Source: Candidatus Omnitrophota bacterium (GTDB taxonomy: Bacteria; Omnitrophota; Gorgyraeia; B26-G9). Taken from it: a stretch of 64,000 nt of DNA. This document shows, in pieces, positions 10,497 through 21,406 of this stretch; positions within the stretch are counted from its first letter, which is position 1; the number at the start of each line of letters is the position of its first letter. The translations under genes were made by a program, and so were the position numbers. The stretch lies in the NCBI GenBank assembly GCA_043814605.1, contig JBDRJV010000037.1:99902-163901 (forward strand), read 5' to 3'. The notes below the pieces were generated by a model. The model saw nothing but the letters and a program-made list of their open reading frames with translations. It was not told where the DNA came from and did no database searches.

Positions 10497-11337
10497 TAAA
10501 TTAATACAAACAGCAAAAAATCTGCAATCGTTATTAAAAGAGCTTATTTTCTGTATTGACGATATTAATGAAGTTCAGGCACAGGCGTTAGTGGCAGCCA
10601 TTGATGAAAAATTTAAAATATCAGATAATAATTGTGATATAAATAGTTCTTCTTTGCGGTCAATGCATTCAGAACGTTTAGCAGCTATGGGGCAAATGGC
10701 CGCAGCGATTAGCCATGAGTTACGTAATCCTCTAAGCGGTATCAAGGTAGCGGCAGAATATTTAATGCGAAAATTTGCTACTCAACAGGATGCTATGGAT
10801 ATTATTAATAACATCCATAATGAAGTTATTTTTGCGAATAATATTATTGCTAATCTCCTGCAACATGCCCGCATTGGTAAACCAGTGCGGGAACGAGTAA
10901 ATATAAAAAACTTGGTTGAAGAAGCAATTCTTGCAATTGCTCAGCAAGGGTCTTTTAATAACATAAAAATTAAAAGAAAGATTCAAGATAATTTGCCGCA
11001 GTTATTATTGGATCCGATGCAAATCAGGCAGGTTTTTATGAATCTTTTTATTAATTCTGCCGAAGCAATGATTGGCGGTGGAACATTAAACATTCGAATT
11101 GCAAAAAAAACGGATAAAGTTGTTATCCAAATAATTGATACAGGCTGCGGTATTGACCAGAACTGTTTAGATAAATTATTTGAGCCTTTTTTCTCAACAA
11201 AAATTAAAGGTATTGGGCTAGGGTTGGCGATTACGCGAGAAATTGTCGAAAATCATAATGGACAAATAAACGTTGATAGTAAAAAAGATAAGGGTACGAT
11301 GTTTACAATATCTTTTCCCGTAAATATTAAAAAATAA
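10477..11337 (+). CDS. cytoplasmic histidine kinase
   Basis: H-box ISHELRNPL and HATPase_c (DTGCGI, GLGL). No TM segment. Overlaps the upstream kinase. Confidence 0.75.
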   Translation: MTVKKVDKLIQTAKNLQSLLKELIFCIDDINEVQAQALVAAIDEKFKISDNNCDINSSSLRSMHSERLAAMGQMAAAISHELRNPLSGIKVAAEYLMRKFATQQDAMDIINNIHNEVIFANNIIANLLQHARIGKPVRERVNIKNLVEEAILAIAQQGSFNNIKIKRKIQDNLPQLLLDPMQIRQVFMNLFINSAEAMIGGGTLNIRIAKKTDKVVIQIIDTGCGIDQNCLDKLFEPFFSTKIKGIGLGLAITREIVENHNGQINVDSKKDKGTMFTISFPVNIKK

Positions 11338-11362
11338 AATAAACCTTAGGGAGAATACTGGT

Positions 11363-11740
11363 GTGGGTAAAAAAAAATCAAGGATACTAATTGTTGATGA
11401 TGAAGTTGTCATCAGAGAGACGATAAAAAAAATTCTGGTAGATGAAGGGTTTGAGGTTTTAAGTGCCGAAAATGGAATATCAGCGTTTTCGATTGTTGAA
11501 AATAATGAGATTGATATTGCATTGTTAGATATAAGAATGCCGGATATCAATGGAGTTGAGCTGTTAGAGAAGATTAAAGTTGTCAACCCGGGGATAAAAG
11601 CAATAATGATGACAGGATATGAGGTAGAAAGTTTGGTTAATGATGCTTTTAGTCAGGGGGCGCATGCTTGTTTACATAAACCTTTTGAAATTAATAAACT
11701 GTTAGAAATTTTTGAAGAATTAGGTCCGAAAAATGAATAA
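11363..11740 (+). CDS. single-domain response regulator (CheY-like REC)
   Basis: ILIVDDE...D...K REC signature. 125 aa. Confidence 0.8.
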   Translation: MGKKKSRILIVDDEVVIRETIKKILVDEGFEVLSAENGISAFSIVENNEIDIALLDIRMPDINGVELLEKIKVVNPGIKAIMMTGYEVESLVNDAFSQGAHACLHKPFEINKLLEIFEELGPKNE

Positions 11741-13160
11741 ACTAGAAAAAAAAGCAAAAATTCTGCTTGTTGATGATGAAGCTGTAATCAGAGAAACACT
11801 TTGTTCGATTTTAAAGGAAGATGGTTATGAAGTAATTACGGCAAAAAGTGGACATGAAGCAGTTAATTTAAGCGGCAAATCCCATTTGGATATCGCAATT
11901 ATTGATCTAAAATTACCGGATGTTGACGGAACTTTTGTTTTACACAATATAAAAAAGCACAATCCTAATATTTGCGCAATTTTAATTACGGCTTATCCCA
12001 CAACCGAATCGGCAATTCGAGCGGTTCAAGAAGAAGCTTATGAATATATCACAAAGCCGTTTGATATCGGACATGTAAAACTGGTGATCAAGCGGGGGTT
12101 AGAAGAAAAAAGATTGGAGCAGGAAAACAAAAAATTATTAGTTAGTTTAAAGAGTGAAAAGCAAAAACTTCAAACAATGCTTCAAATTGGCCATGCAATG
12201 AGTTCAATTTTAAACCTGGATGAATTAGTTGATTTCATTGTCAGAAAAATTGCGGATGTATTACAAGCGAAAATATGTTCTTTAATGCTTTTGGACGAAG
12301 AAGAATTTTTAGTAATCAAGGCGGCAGTGGGTTTAGACGAATTAATTATGAAAACAACCAGAATTAAACTGGGAAGTTCGATCAGCGGCTGGGTGGCTTT
12401 AAATGGCGAGCCGGTTTTAGTTACCGACATTGAAAATGATTTAAAATTCGGACGTACAAATTTGCCTAAATACCAAACAAAGTCTTTGCTTTGTATTCCG
12501 CTTAAAGTTAAGGATAATGTTTTAGGGGTAATTAATATTGCGGATAAAATAGTCCCTCACCAGGAAAATACATTTACGGAAGAAGATTTAAAATTTCTTG
12601 CGGTTGTGTGCAATTATGCGGCAATTGCAATTGAAAATGCACAGCTTTACGGCGAAGTTAAAAATTTAGCAATTACAGATGGATTAACAAGTTTATTTAA
12701 TCACCGCTATTTTCAAACCCATCTTGGTTCTGAAGTTAGCCGTGTACAGCGTTATCCGCATCCGTTATCTTTAATTATGTTTGATATTGATTCTTTTAAA
12801 CAATTTAACGATACTTATGGCCATCCGATGGGAGATGCGGTGTTAAGTCAAATCGCTAAGGTTATCAAAAGTAAAGTACGTAAAGTAGATATTCCTTGTC
12901 GTTACGGAGGAGAAGAATTTGCGATAATTCTTCCAGAGACTAAACTTTCAGAGGCAGTCATTGTTGCGGAGAAAATTAGAAAATCAGTCGAAGAATTAAG
13001 ATTTGATGTCGGCAAAGGTACTCAGAAAAAGAAAATGACACTAAGCGGTGGCGTTGCCGGGTTTAAATCCGGCATGAGTAAAGAAGAATTTGTGCAAAAT
13101 GCAGATGAATCACTTTATGAGGCTAAGGATAAAGGCAAAAACAGAATTTGTGTACATTAA
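11733..13160 (+). CDS. response regulator REC-GAF-GGDEF diguanylate cyclase
   Basis: N-terminal REC and a central GAF-like region. C-terminal GGDEF motif RYGGEEFAIILP. Confidence 0.8.
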   Translation: MNKLEKKAKILLVDDEAVIRETLCSILKEDGYEVITAKSGHEAVNLSGKSHLDIAIIDLKLPDVDGTFVLHNIKKHNPNICAILITAYPTTESAIRAVQEEAYEYITKPFDIGHVKLVIKRGLEEKRLEQENKKLLVSLKSEKQKLQTMLQIGHAMSSILNLDELVDFIVRKIADVLQAKICSLMLLDEEEFLVIKAAVGLDELIMKTTRIKLGSSISGWVALNGEPVLVTDIENDLKFGRTNLPKYQTKSLLCIPLKVKDNVLGVINIADKIVPHQENTFTEEDLKFLAVVCNYAAIAIENAQLYGEVKNLAITDGLTSLFNHRYFQTHLGSEVSRVQRYPHPLSLIMFDIDSFKQFNDTYGHPMGDAVLSQIAKVIKSKVRKVDIPCRYGGEEFAIILPETKLSEAVIVAEKIRKSVEELRFDVGKGTQKKKMTLSGGVAGFKSGMSKEEFVQNADESLYEAKDKGKNRICVH

Positions 13161-13180
13161 AAATAACTTAAATATTAAAA

Positions 13181-13891
13181 ATGGATGTTTTAGAACGTTT
13201 AGAAAATCTTAAGAGAAAAATTAGTGCTACGGCAGCTAAAGCAGGTAAAACAAGTGATAGTATTCAGCTTGTCTGTGTCATTAAGCAGGCGAAGATTTCG
13301 GACATTATAAAAGTTATTAGATCCGGTTATGTTAATCTTGCGGAAAATAAAGTCCAAAGTTTACAAGAAAAATATTCATTGCTTAAAGATAATTTAAGTC
13401 CGGATGAATTTTCTCAAATTATTTGGCATTTAATTGGGCATTTACAAACAAATAAAGTCAAACCTGCGCTAGATTTGGTAAGCATGATCCAGTCAGTTGA
13501 TAGCCTACACTTGGCTGAGCGGATCAGTAGGCAGGCACAAAAAATAAATAAAAAGATTGATATTCTGGTACAAGTTAATATATCTTGCGAAGAATCAAAA
13601 TTCGGGATTGAAATTAGTGACGTTACTGATTTTATTCTCAAAATCATTAACCTGCCGGGTATTAATATCAAAGGGCTAATGGGGATTGGTCCGTTTGTTG
13701 AAGATGCGGAACAAACGCGGGGGGGGTTCCGCAAATTAGCCGAAGTTTTCAAACAAACCAATAAAATCCTGGAAGCACGCGGTAATTTTTCTTTGACAGT
13801 TTTATCTCTAGGGATGAGTAATGATTATTTGGTAGCGATAGAAGAAGGTTCGAATATGTTAAGGATAGGAAGTGAAATTTTTAAAGATTAA
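13181..13891 (+). CDS. yggS: YggS-family PLP homeostasis protein
   Basis: Alanine-racemase N-terminal-like fold, ~230 aa. Adjacent to proC, the conserved pairing. Confidence 0.75.
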   Translation: MDVLERLENLKRKISATAAKAGKTSDSIQLVCVIKQAKISDIIKVIRSGYVNLAENKVQSLQEKYSLLKDNLSPDEFSQIIWHLIGHLQTNKVKPALDLVSMIQSVDSLHLAERISRQAQKINKKIDILVQVNISCEESKFGIEISDVTDFILKIINLPGINIKGLMGIGPFVEDAEQTRGGFRKLAEVFKQTNKILEARGNFSLTVLSLGMSNDYLVAIEEGSNMLRIGSEIFKD

Positions 13892-14717
13892 GTTAAGGGG
13901 GAATAATGTGAATAATAATAATGTAGGAATGATTGGGGCGGGGAATATGGGAGAAGCCTTAATTCGGGGTTTAAAAAAGCAAAATAAATTTAATATTTAT
14001 GTTACGGAAAGTAATTTGAACCGTTTAAAACAAATTGTTCAAAAATACAAAGTAAAAAAAATCGAATTAGAACAATTGACAAATCTTTGTAAAATCATTA
14101 TTATTTGTGTTAAACCACAGGACTTAGATTCGGTAATGAGTAAGTTAGAAAGTGAAGTGAACTCTCAGCAAACAGTGATTTCTATTGTTGCGGGTGTGAG
14201 CACTAAATTTATTGAAAAATCCTTAAAATCTAAGCCAGCTGTTATCCGGGTTATGCCGAATATGCCAGGAATGATCGGCGCAGGTATTAGCGGATATTGT
14301 TCAGGAAAGTATGTAAAAGCAAATACGGCAAAATTGGTGCATTCAATATTTTCAGGTTTAGGCAAGGTTGTTAAGGTTCAGGAAAGTAAAATGAATGCGA
14401 TTACTGCAGTTAGCGGTAGCGGACCGGGATTTTATGCTTATATTACGGATGCGATGATTGAGGCAGGCCAAAAGTCCGGACTGAGCAAAAATGAGGCAAA
14501 ATTATTTGCGGTAACCGCAATGGTTGGTACAGGCTCATTGTTAGCAATGGAGAGTGCGCTAACTCCATCAGAATATGTAAAAAAAGTGGCATCTAAAGGT
14601 GGCACTACAGAAGCAGGATTAAAAATTTTTAAGAAAACGAAACTTAAAGAAATAGTAAAAAAAGTGATTAAAGCGGCAACAAAAAAAGCAAAGGAGTTAA
14701 ATAGAGAGAAGCGATGA
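13872..14717 (+). CDS. proC: pyrroline-5-carboxylate reductase
   Basis: Rossmann motif GMIGAGNMG and the P5CR C-terminal dimerisation region. The true start may be the internal Met before GMIGAG. Confidence 0.8.
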   Translation: MKFLKIKLRGNNVNNNNVGMIGAGNMGEALIRGLKKQNKFNIYVTESNLNRLKQIVQKYKVKKIELEQLTNLCKIIIICVKPQDLDSVMSKLESEVNSQQTVISIVAGVSTKFIEKSLKSKPAVIRVMPNMPGMIGAGISGYCSGKYVKANTAKLVHSIFSGLGKVVKVQESKMNAITAVSGSGPGFYAYITDAMIEAGQKSGLSKNEAKLFAVTAMVGTGSLLAMESALTPSEYVKKVASKGGTTEAGLKIFKKTKLKEIVKKVIKAATKKAKELNREKR

Positions 14718-17557
14718 ATAAAGGACTCGATTACAAACCAACTATAAATCTACCGAAAACTGAGTTTTCCATGAAAGCTGATTTACCGAATAAAGAACCA
14801 AGCGTGATGGAAAAATGGCAAAAATTAGATATTTATGGCAGTATTATTAAAAAAACAAAATATTTCCCTAAATATATATTACATGACGGGCCGCCTTATG
14901 CTAACGGTAATATTCATATTGGACATGCGTTAAATAAAATTCTAAAGGATATTATTATTAAATACAAAATATTACAGGGGTTTTATTCGCCTTATGTTCC
15001 GGGATGGGATTGTCATGGTTTACCGGTGGAACATCAATTATTTAAAAAATTAGGTAAACGTAAAGATGAGATTCCGCAAGTGGAATTTAGGGAAAAAGCA
15101 CACGATTTTGCTGTAAAATACGTAGAAATTCAAAAAGAGGAATTTAAACGCCTGGGTGTTTTTGGTGACTGGGATAATCCCTATCTTACTTTATCCCATG
15201 AATATGAAGCAGCAATTATTCGGTCATTTGGGTCTTTAGTTGAGAAAGGTTATGTCTATAAAGGGACAAAACCGGTAAATTGGTGTTCAAGCTGTGAAAC
15301 TGCTTTAGCCGAGGCAGAAGTTGAATATGATCAGCATAGTTCGCCGTCAATTTTTGTGAAATTTCCGGTAATTAACCCGGAAGTTATCCCGGAATTTGTG
15401 TCGCGGCAAGAGGAAAAACTTTTTTTACTTATTTGGACAACAACACCCTGGACATTATTCGGGAATGTGGCTTGTGCAGTACATCCTGATTTTGATTATG
15501 TTTTAGTAAAAATTGAAAAAGAAATATTAGTAATTGAGAAAACTCTTTGTCCTTCAGTTTTAGAAAAAGCGGGGATAAGTAATTATAATATATTAGCCCA
15601 AATACGAGGGGCAAAGCTGGAAAAAATAAAATATAACCATCCCTTGGGGTTAAGGCAGGGCAGGGTTGTTTTTGCGGATTATGTTTCTTGCGAAGATGGT
15701 TCAGGAATTGTGCATACAGCACCGGGTTATGGAACAGAAGATTTTTTAACAGGGAAACGCGATAATCTTGATGTAATTATGCAAGTTGATGGTAAAGGAG
15801 TTTTTTTTAACGATACTCCTTTAGTTGGCGGGATGCATGTTTTAAAGGCAAGTAAAACGAGCATTGAAAAATTACAGGAATTAGGGATGCTTTTAACACA
15901 AGGAAATATCAGTCATTCTTATCCGCATTGCTGGCGTTGTAAAAAGCCGATTATTTTTAGAGCTACAGAACAATGGTTTTTAAATATTGATCACAAAAAT
16001 TTACGTAAAAATATTCTCAAAACAATAAAAAATATTAATTGGATTCCTGATTTTGGTGAAAACAGAATTGCCAGCATGGTTGAAAATCGTCCGGATTGGT
16101 GTCTTTCCCGGCAAAGACTCTGGGGAGTGCCGATCCCTGTTTTTTATTGTAAAAATTGCAATACCGCAGTCTTAGACAGCCAAGTGATTGAAAGTTTTGC
16201 TAAAATTGTGGAAAAAGAAGGAACAAATAGCTGGTTTAAGCGAGAAATAGGGGAGATTTTGCCGAAGGGATACACCTGCTTAAAATGCAAGGGAAACGAA
16301 TTTATAAAAGAAAATGATATTTTGGATGTTTGGTTTGATTCAGGGGTTAGCCATCAAGCTGTACTTAAATTGAAAGGATTAGGGTATCCGGCGAATTTAT
16401 ATTTAGAAGGCTCGGATCAACATCGAGGTTGGTTTCAGGCGGCGCTAATTACAGCCATGGCAATTGATGAATGTGCTCCTTTTAAAGAAGTCTTAACACA
16501 CGGGTTTACCGTAGATGGCCAAGGTAAAAAAATGTCTAAATCCCGGGGTAATGTGATTTCTCCGCAGCAAGTTATTAATAAGTTAGGAGCGGATGTTTTA
16601 CGCTTATGTATTGCTTCGAGTGATTATAACGATGATGTCAGAATGTCTGAGGAAATTTTAGCTCGCGTAAGCGAAAGTTATCGAAAAATTCGTAATACGC
16701 TTAAATTTACATTAGGCAATTTATTTGATTTTGATCCGGGCCAGCATAGTTTAAACTATGCTGATTTAATGGAAATCGACCAGTGGGCATTATCCTCTTT
16801 GCATACTTTGATAAAACAAGTTACTAATGCCTATGATAAGTTCGTTTTTCATCAAGCTGTAAAGTTAATTTATAATTTTTGTACTGTACAGATGAGTTCT
16901 TTTTATTTAGATGTTTTAAAAGACAGATTATATACTTTTGCCACTAATTCTAAACAAAGACGTTCAGGGCAAACAGTTCTTTATGAACTGCTTTTAACGA
17001 TTGCTAAGATTGTTGCTCCTGTATTATCATTTACAGCTGAGGAAGCATACAGTTTTATTCCCGGGGAAAAACAAGAAAGCATTTTTTTAACAGAATGGCC
17101 GCAGTTTCAAGAAAAGTTTGTAAATAAAGAGCTTAATAATGTTTGGAAATTTATTTTAGACTTACGTAATTGTGTTTTAAAATCACTGGAAGAGGCTAGG
17201 GCAGCAAAATTAATTGGTAATGGTTTAGAGGCAAAGGTGATAATCATTGCTTCCTCAGACAAAAAGCAGGTAACAAATGTCTTAAATAAATATTTAGGAC
17301 AATTAGCCAGTATTTTTATTGTTTCGCATGTTGAGCTGAATTTGGATATTGACAGGGAAGGTTTACCGGTATATAATGTGGACTTCTTTAAGGATAATAA
17401 GATTGCCGAGACAGCCTCAATAAAAGTTATTATTGAGAAGGCCCAAGGAAGAAAGTGTATTCGATGCTGGAATTATTCTCTAACAATTGGAAAAAATGCA
17501 CAACATCCAGATATTTGTAGCCGTTGTTGCGAGAACATTACCGGTTTTAAGTTTTAA
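14714..17557 (+). CDS. ileS: isoleucyl-tRNA synthetase
   Basis: HIGH (HIGHAL) and KMSKS motifs. C-terminal zinc ribbon CxxC...CxxC. 947 aa. Confidence 0.95.
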   Translation: MNKGLDYKPTINLPKTEFSMKADLPNKEPSVMEKWQKLDIYGSIIKKTKYFPKYILHDGPPYANGNIHIGHALNKILKDIIIKYKILQGFYSPYVPGWDCHGLPVEHQLFKKLGKRKDEIPQVEFREKAHDFAVKYVEIQKEEFKRLGVFGDWDNPYLTLSHEYEAAIIRSFGSLVEKGYVYKGTKPVNWCSSCETALAEAEVEYDQHSSPSIFVKFPVINPEVIPEFVSRQEEKLFLLIWTTTPWTLFGNVACAVHPDFDYVLVKIEKEILVIEKTLCPSVLEKAGISNYNILAQIRGAKLEKIKYNHPLGLRQGRVVFADYVSCEDGSGIVHTAPGYGTEDFLTGKRDNLDVIMQVDGKGVFFNDTPLVGGMHVLKASKTSIEKLQELGMLLTQGNISHSYPHCWRCKKPIIFRATEQWFLNIDHKNLRKNILKTIKNINWIPDFGENRIASMVENRPDWCLSRQRLWGVPIPVFYCKNCNTAVLDSQVIESFAKIVEKEGTNSWFKREIGEILPKGYTCLKCKGNEFIKENDILDVWFDSGVSHQAVLKLKGLGYPANLYLEGSDQHRGWFQAALITAMAIDECAPFKEVLTHGFTVDGQGKKMSKSRGNVISPQQVINKLGADVLRLCIASSDYNDDVRMSEEILARVSESYRKIRNTLKFTLGNLFDFDPGQHSLNYADLMEIDQWALSSLHTLIKQVTNAYDKFVFHQAVKLIYNFCTVQMSSFYLDVLKDRLYTFATNSKQRRSGQTVLYELLLTIAKIVAPVLSFTAEEAYSFIPGEKQESIFLTEWPQFQEKFVNKELNNVWKFILDLRNCVLKSLEEARAAKLIGNGLEAKVIIIASSDKKQVTNVLNKYLGQLASIFIVSHVELNLDIDREGLPVYNVDFFKDNKIAETASIKVIIEKAQGRKCIRCWNYSLTIGKNAQHPDICSRCCENITGFKF

Positions 17558-17622
17558 TTGTGCCAATTTTTTGTTATAATTTATACACTTGAATTACAGC
17601 CAGAGAAAGGAGCAGGAGAAAA

Positions 17623-18000
17623 GTGAACAAGAAGGAATCCAAAGAATTCAGAGAAATATTAGTTGAGCTGAGAGAAAAAATTACGGAAGAGATGAAACAA
17701 ATCGGGGGCGGAAGCCTGAAAAAATCACAACGTGATGCAAGTGGTGATTTATCTGCATATACTTTTCATATGGCTGATGTTGCTAGTGATAGTTTTGAAA
17801 GAGAGTTGTCTTGGGATCGCGCTAGTGTCGAACAAAAAGTCTTATTTCATATTGATGATGCGCTACAGAGAATTGAAGAAGGCATTTATGGCAAATGTGA
17901 AGCTTGCCAAAAAAAAATTGCTAAAGAAAGACTGAAGGCAATTCCTTACGCTACACTTTGCCGGCATTGTAAAGAAGAAATTGAAAAAAATAAATCTTGA
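17623..18000 (+). CDS. DksA/TraR-family C4 zinc-finger protein
   Basis: CEACQKKI...CRHC four-cysteine finger after a coiled-coil region. RBS AAGGAG. Confidence 0.7.
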   Translation: MNKKESKEFREILVELREKITEEMKQIGGGSLKKSQRDASGDLSAYTFHMADVASDSFERELSWDRASVEQKVLFHIDDALQRIEEGIYGKCEACQKKIAKERLKAIPYATLCRHCKEEIEKNKS

Positions 18001-18472
18001 CCCCGCAGCTTTTTTTATCGTAAACATTATATTAAGTGCTTCTTTTGTTTTCCTGGACCAAGTTTCTAAATTTGTAGCATTAAGATTGCTTAATCAAAAT
18101 CAGAGCATTCCGCTTATAAAAGATTTTCTTCACATAACTTTAGTTTATAATACTGGTTCTGCTTTTGGGTTGTTGCGTAATCAAAACTGGATTTTAACTT
18201 ATATTTCTATCCTGGCAATTATATTTATTCTTTGGCTTATGGTTCGGCAGCCTCAATTTAAATCCCGCATTTATTTACAATTTTGGCAATTTGCTTTACT
18301 TCTAATTTTAAGTGGTGCAACTGGAAACCTAATTGATCGTATATATCGGGGATTTGTTGTTGATTTTATTGATGTTAGAATTTGGCCAATTTTCAACCTG
18401 GCGGATACGATGATTACTTGCGGAGTATTTTTACTTATTTTAATATTGTTTAATAAAAAGGCGTTTGAATAA
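17981..18472 (+). CDS. lspA: lipoprotein signal peptidase II
   Basis: NTGSAFG and FNLAD motifs. Conserved ileS-lspA synteny. Confidence 0.85.
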   Translation: MKKINLDPAAFFIVNIILSASFVFLDQVSKFVALRLLNQNQSIPLIKDFLHITLVYNTGSAFGLLRNQNWILTYISILAIIFILWLMVRQPQFKSRIYLQFWQFALLLILSGATGNLIDRIYRGFVVDFIDVRIWPIFNLADTMITCGVFLLILILFNKKAFE

Positions 18473-18474
18473 TT

Positions 18475-19230
18475 ATGCATCCGATTTTATTTCAAATTGG
18501 GCCGTTTACAGTATATTCTTATGGGTTTATGGTTGCATTGGGGACCCTTATTGCTACTTTTTTAGCGGCCAGGCATGGGGCGCGTAATGGAATTGATTTT
18601 GATGATATTGTTGATTTAATATTCTGGGTTGTTGTCTGGGGGCTTATCGGGGGAAGATTACTATATGTTTTTTTAAATATGACAGATTATCGTGATAATT
18701 TTTTTGAAATTTTAAAAATTTATAAAGGCGGACTTGTTTTTCATGGCAGTTTAATTTTTGGCCTAATCAGTGCTCTGGTTTTTATTAAACAACATCAACT
18801 CTCATTTTTTAAGGTTATGGACCTGGTTATACTGTATGTGCCTCTGGCGCATGCTTTTGGCCGAATCGGCTGTTTTTTAAATGGCTGTTGTTTTGGCCGT
18901 CCGGCTGGTTTTGGCTGGGGAGTTATTTTTCCGCATCATTTTATCCGGGTGCATCCGACACAAATTTATTCAGCATTATTATTATTAGCTATATTCATAA
19001 TTTTGCTGGTAATTGATAGAAAAAAGAAGTTTAACGGAGAAATTTTTTGTGCTTATCTTATTCTTTATGGACTGATGCGGTTCTTTATCGAATTTTTAAG
19101 AGGTGATAATCCTGTTGTAATTAGTTTTTTGAGCCTTTTTCAATTTATAAGTATTTTTTTGTTTTTCTTAGGGGTAGGGCTTTATATATATCTGGCAAGA
19201 AAAAGTAAAAAAAGAAAAAATATTGAATAA
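18475..19230 (+). CDS. lgt: prolipoprotein diacylglyceryl transferase
   Basis: Multi-TM Lgt signature (GGRL, FGRIGCFLNGCC). Confidence 0.85.
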   Translation: MHPILFQIGPFTVYSYGFMVALGTLIATFLAARHGARNGIDFDDIVDLIFWVVVWGLIGGRLLYVFLNMTDYRDNFFEILKIYKGGLVFHGSLIFGLISALVFIKQHQLSFFKVMDLVILYVPLAHAFGRIGCFLNGCCFGRPAGFGWGVIFPHHFIRVHPTQIYSALLLLAIFIILLVIDRKKKFNGEIFCAYLILYGLMRFFIEFLRGDNPVVISFLSLFQFISIFLFFLGVGLYIYLARKSKKRKNIE

Positions 19231-20137
19231 AAATTATAAATTTAAAGTTGATTTAATCCATGCAAACCAAAGAATTGATAAATATTTAGGAGAATGTTTA
19301 TCACAGGATTTTTCGCGTTCTGAAATTAAAAAACTAATTTTACAAAAATGCGTTTTACTGAATAAAAACACGATAAAGCCGCACCAAAAAGTTAAACCTA
19401 CCGATATTATTGAAGTTATTGTTCAAGATAACTTATCTGAAAAAAATATTTTGCCGGTAAAAATTCCCGTAAATATTATTTATGAAGATGGTTATTTATT
19501 AATAATTAATAAACCTGCAGGTATGGTTGTGCACCCGGCAGCCGGACATTTTAATGATACATTAGTGAATGCTCTCCTTTATTATAATAAAAAATTATCT
19601 GATATTAACGGTAGTTTAAAATTAGGGATTGTCCACCGTATTGATAAGGACACATCCGGTTTATTGGTAATTGCTAAAGATAATAAAAGCCACAGATTTT
19701 TAGCGGATGAGTTTAAAACACATAAAGTTAAAAAGGTATATATCGCAATAGTGCACGGACTCGTAGAACATGATCAGGGGCAGATTAATGCACCAATTGC
19801 GCGTAGCTGTTTTAACCGAAAAAAAATGAGTGTACAATTTAGTTCGCCAAAGGAAGCTTTAACAGAATATCAGGTTCTAAAAAGATCAGAAGGTTTTAGT
19901 GTTGTTAAACTTTATCCTAAAACGGGAAGAACACATCAGATTCGGGTTCATATGGCTCATTTGGGGCATCCTTTAATTGGGGATGTTATTTATGGGGGAA
20001 AGATAATTAATGCTCAATTAAACCGGACGGCATTACATGCGCATATTTTAGGGTTTAGGCATCCGGAATCAAATAAATTTGTTGAATTTGAAGCCAGCCT
20101 GCCACAAGATATGGCACAATTTATTAGTAACATTTAA
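19223..20137 (+). CDS. rluD: 23S rRNA pseudouridine synthase, RluA/RluD family
   Basis: S4-like N-terminus. Catalytic HRIDKDTSGLL motif. Confidence 0.85.
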   Translation: MNKNYKFKVDLIHANQRIDKYLGECLSQDFSRSEIKKLILQKCVLLNKNTIKPHQKVKPTDIIEVIVQDNLSEKNILPVKIPVNIIYEDGYLLIINKPAGMVVHPAAGHFNDTLVNALLYYNKKLSDINGSLKLGIVHRIDKDTSGLLVIAKDNKSHRFLADEFKTHKVKKVYIAIVHGLVEHDQGQINAPIARSCFNRKKMSVQFSSPKEALTEYQVLKRSEGFSVVKLYPKTGRTHQIRVHMAHLGHPLIGDVIYGGKIINAQLNRTALHAHILGFRHPESNKFVEFEASLPQDMAQFISNI

Positions 20138-20249
20138 CCTTCATGCATTTTATTGATAAATGTGATTGCAGATGCTATAATTAATACTATAACTGATAGT
20201 AAAAGTGTAAGTTAAGTAAGTTTATATTTTTCAAAAAGGAAAATTAAAA

Positions 20250-21350
20250 ATGAAGGCACGCAATGTTATGGAAGATATTGTGAAAAAATATCTTAGTGAA
20301 ATGTGGGAAAGGCGTTTTGATATTTGTACCTGCGATATTTGCCGCCAGGATATTTTAGCTTATGTTTTATCGCGTTTGCCGGCTAGATATGTAACTACGG
20401 ATTCAGGGGCAATGCATGCGATTGTGGATCAAATTCAAGTTGAGGAATCATCACTGGTTTTAAAAGAAATTGTTGTGGCCATAAAATTAGTTAATGAAAG
20501 ACCGCGGCATGAAATAACACAAGACCGTGAAGAAGCTTATCGTCTATTGATTAATCAAATAAAAATTGACAGAGGAGTTGATTTTTCTCATTATCGAGAT
20601 AGAGTGTTAAAACGGAGAATAGCTTTACGGATGAGAGCAAGAAAAGTAAATTCTTATGCTGAGTATTTACAAGTACTGATGCATGTTCCTGATGAATATG
20701 AGAAACTCTTTGAGGTATTAACGATTAATGTTTCATCTTTTTTCCGGGATCAGGAAGTCTGGGACATGTTGCGGGAAAAAATTCTTCCGGATATTATCGC
20801 TAATAAAAAAAATGAGACTGGCTATAAGAAAATTAGAATTTGGAGCGCGGGGTGTGCGCACGGCGAAGAGCCCTATTCTTTGGCGATACTGCTTTATGAA
20901 TTATTAGAAAAAGAAAATGAAAAAATTAAAGTTGAAATTGTGGCAACGGATATAGATAAAGAAAGTTTAAAATTAGCAAATCAAGCCCAATATGAAAGAT
21001 ACAGTTTAAAAAATGTTAATGAACAATATTTACAAAGATTTTTTATTCCGGTTAAAGATAAATTTCAAGTTGTTCCGCACGTAAAAGAAATGGTTAAAAT
21101 AAAACAGGGCAATTTAATCCACGACCCAGGCATTGATGGCGTAGATATGGTTATTTGTCGTAATGTTTTTATTTATTTTAACCGTAGTTTACAAGAACAT
21201 TTAATTATGAAATATTACGATGCCCTTGTGAATCGCGGGTATTTTGTTATGGGTACTTCAGAGAATTTAATGGGAGAGGCCCGGGAAGTTTTTGATTCTG
21301 TTGATGCGATTTGCCGAATTTTTCAAAAAAAACAAGTAGTTGACTCATAG
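20250..21350 (+). CDS. ComFB-domain / CheR-type SAM methyltransferase fusion
   Basis: N-terminus NVMEDIVKKYL...CTCDICRQDILAYVLSRLPARYV matches the ComFB fold with 4 Cys. This is followed by the CheR all-alpha N-domain and a class I MTase domain. Confidence 0.75.
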   Translation: MKARNVMEDIVKKYLSEMWERRFDICTCDICRQDILAYVLSRLPARYVTTDSGAMHAIVDQIQVEESSLVLKEIVVAIKLVNERPRHEITQDREEAYRLLINQIKIDRGVDFSHYRDRVLKRRIALRMRARKVNSYAEYLQVLMHVPDEYEKLFEVLTINVSSFFRDQEVWDMLREKILPDIIANKKNETGYKKIRIWSAGCAHGEEPYSLAILLYELLEKENEKIKVEIVATDIDKESLKLANQAQYERYSLKNVNEQYLQRFFIPVKDKFQVVPHVKEMVKIKQGNLIHDPGIDGVDMVICRNVFIYFNRSLQEHLIMKYYDALVNRGYFVMGTSENLMGEAREVFDSVDAICRIFQKKQVVDS

Positions 21351-21406
21351 CCTGAGGTTTATTATAATTAAATAAAAGGCAATAATTAAATTAAGCGAGG
21401 TACTTA

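Noticed and set aside
17545-17590. TTGTGC ... TATAAT read as a promoter upstream of the DksA-like gene
   Set aside because: The spacer between the candidate -35 and -10 is ~11 nt, which is too short. Only the -10 is convincing.
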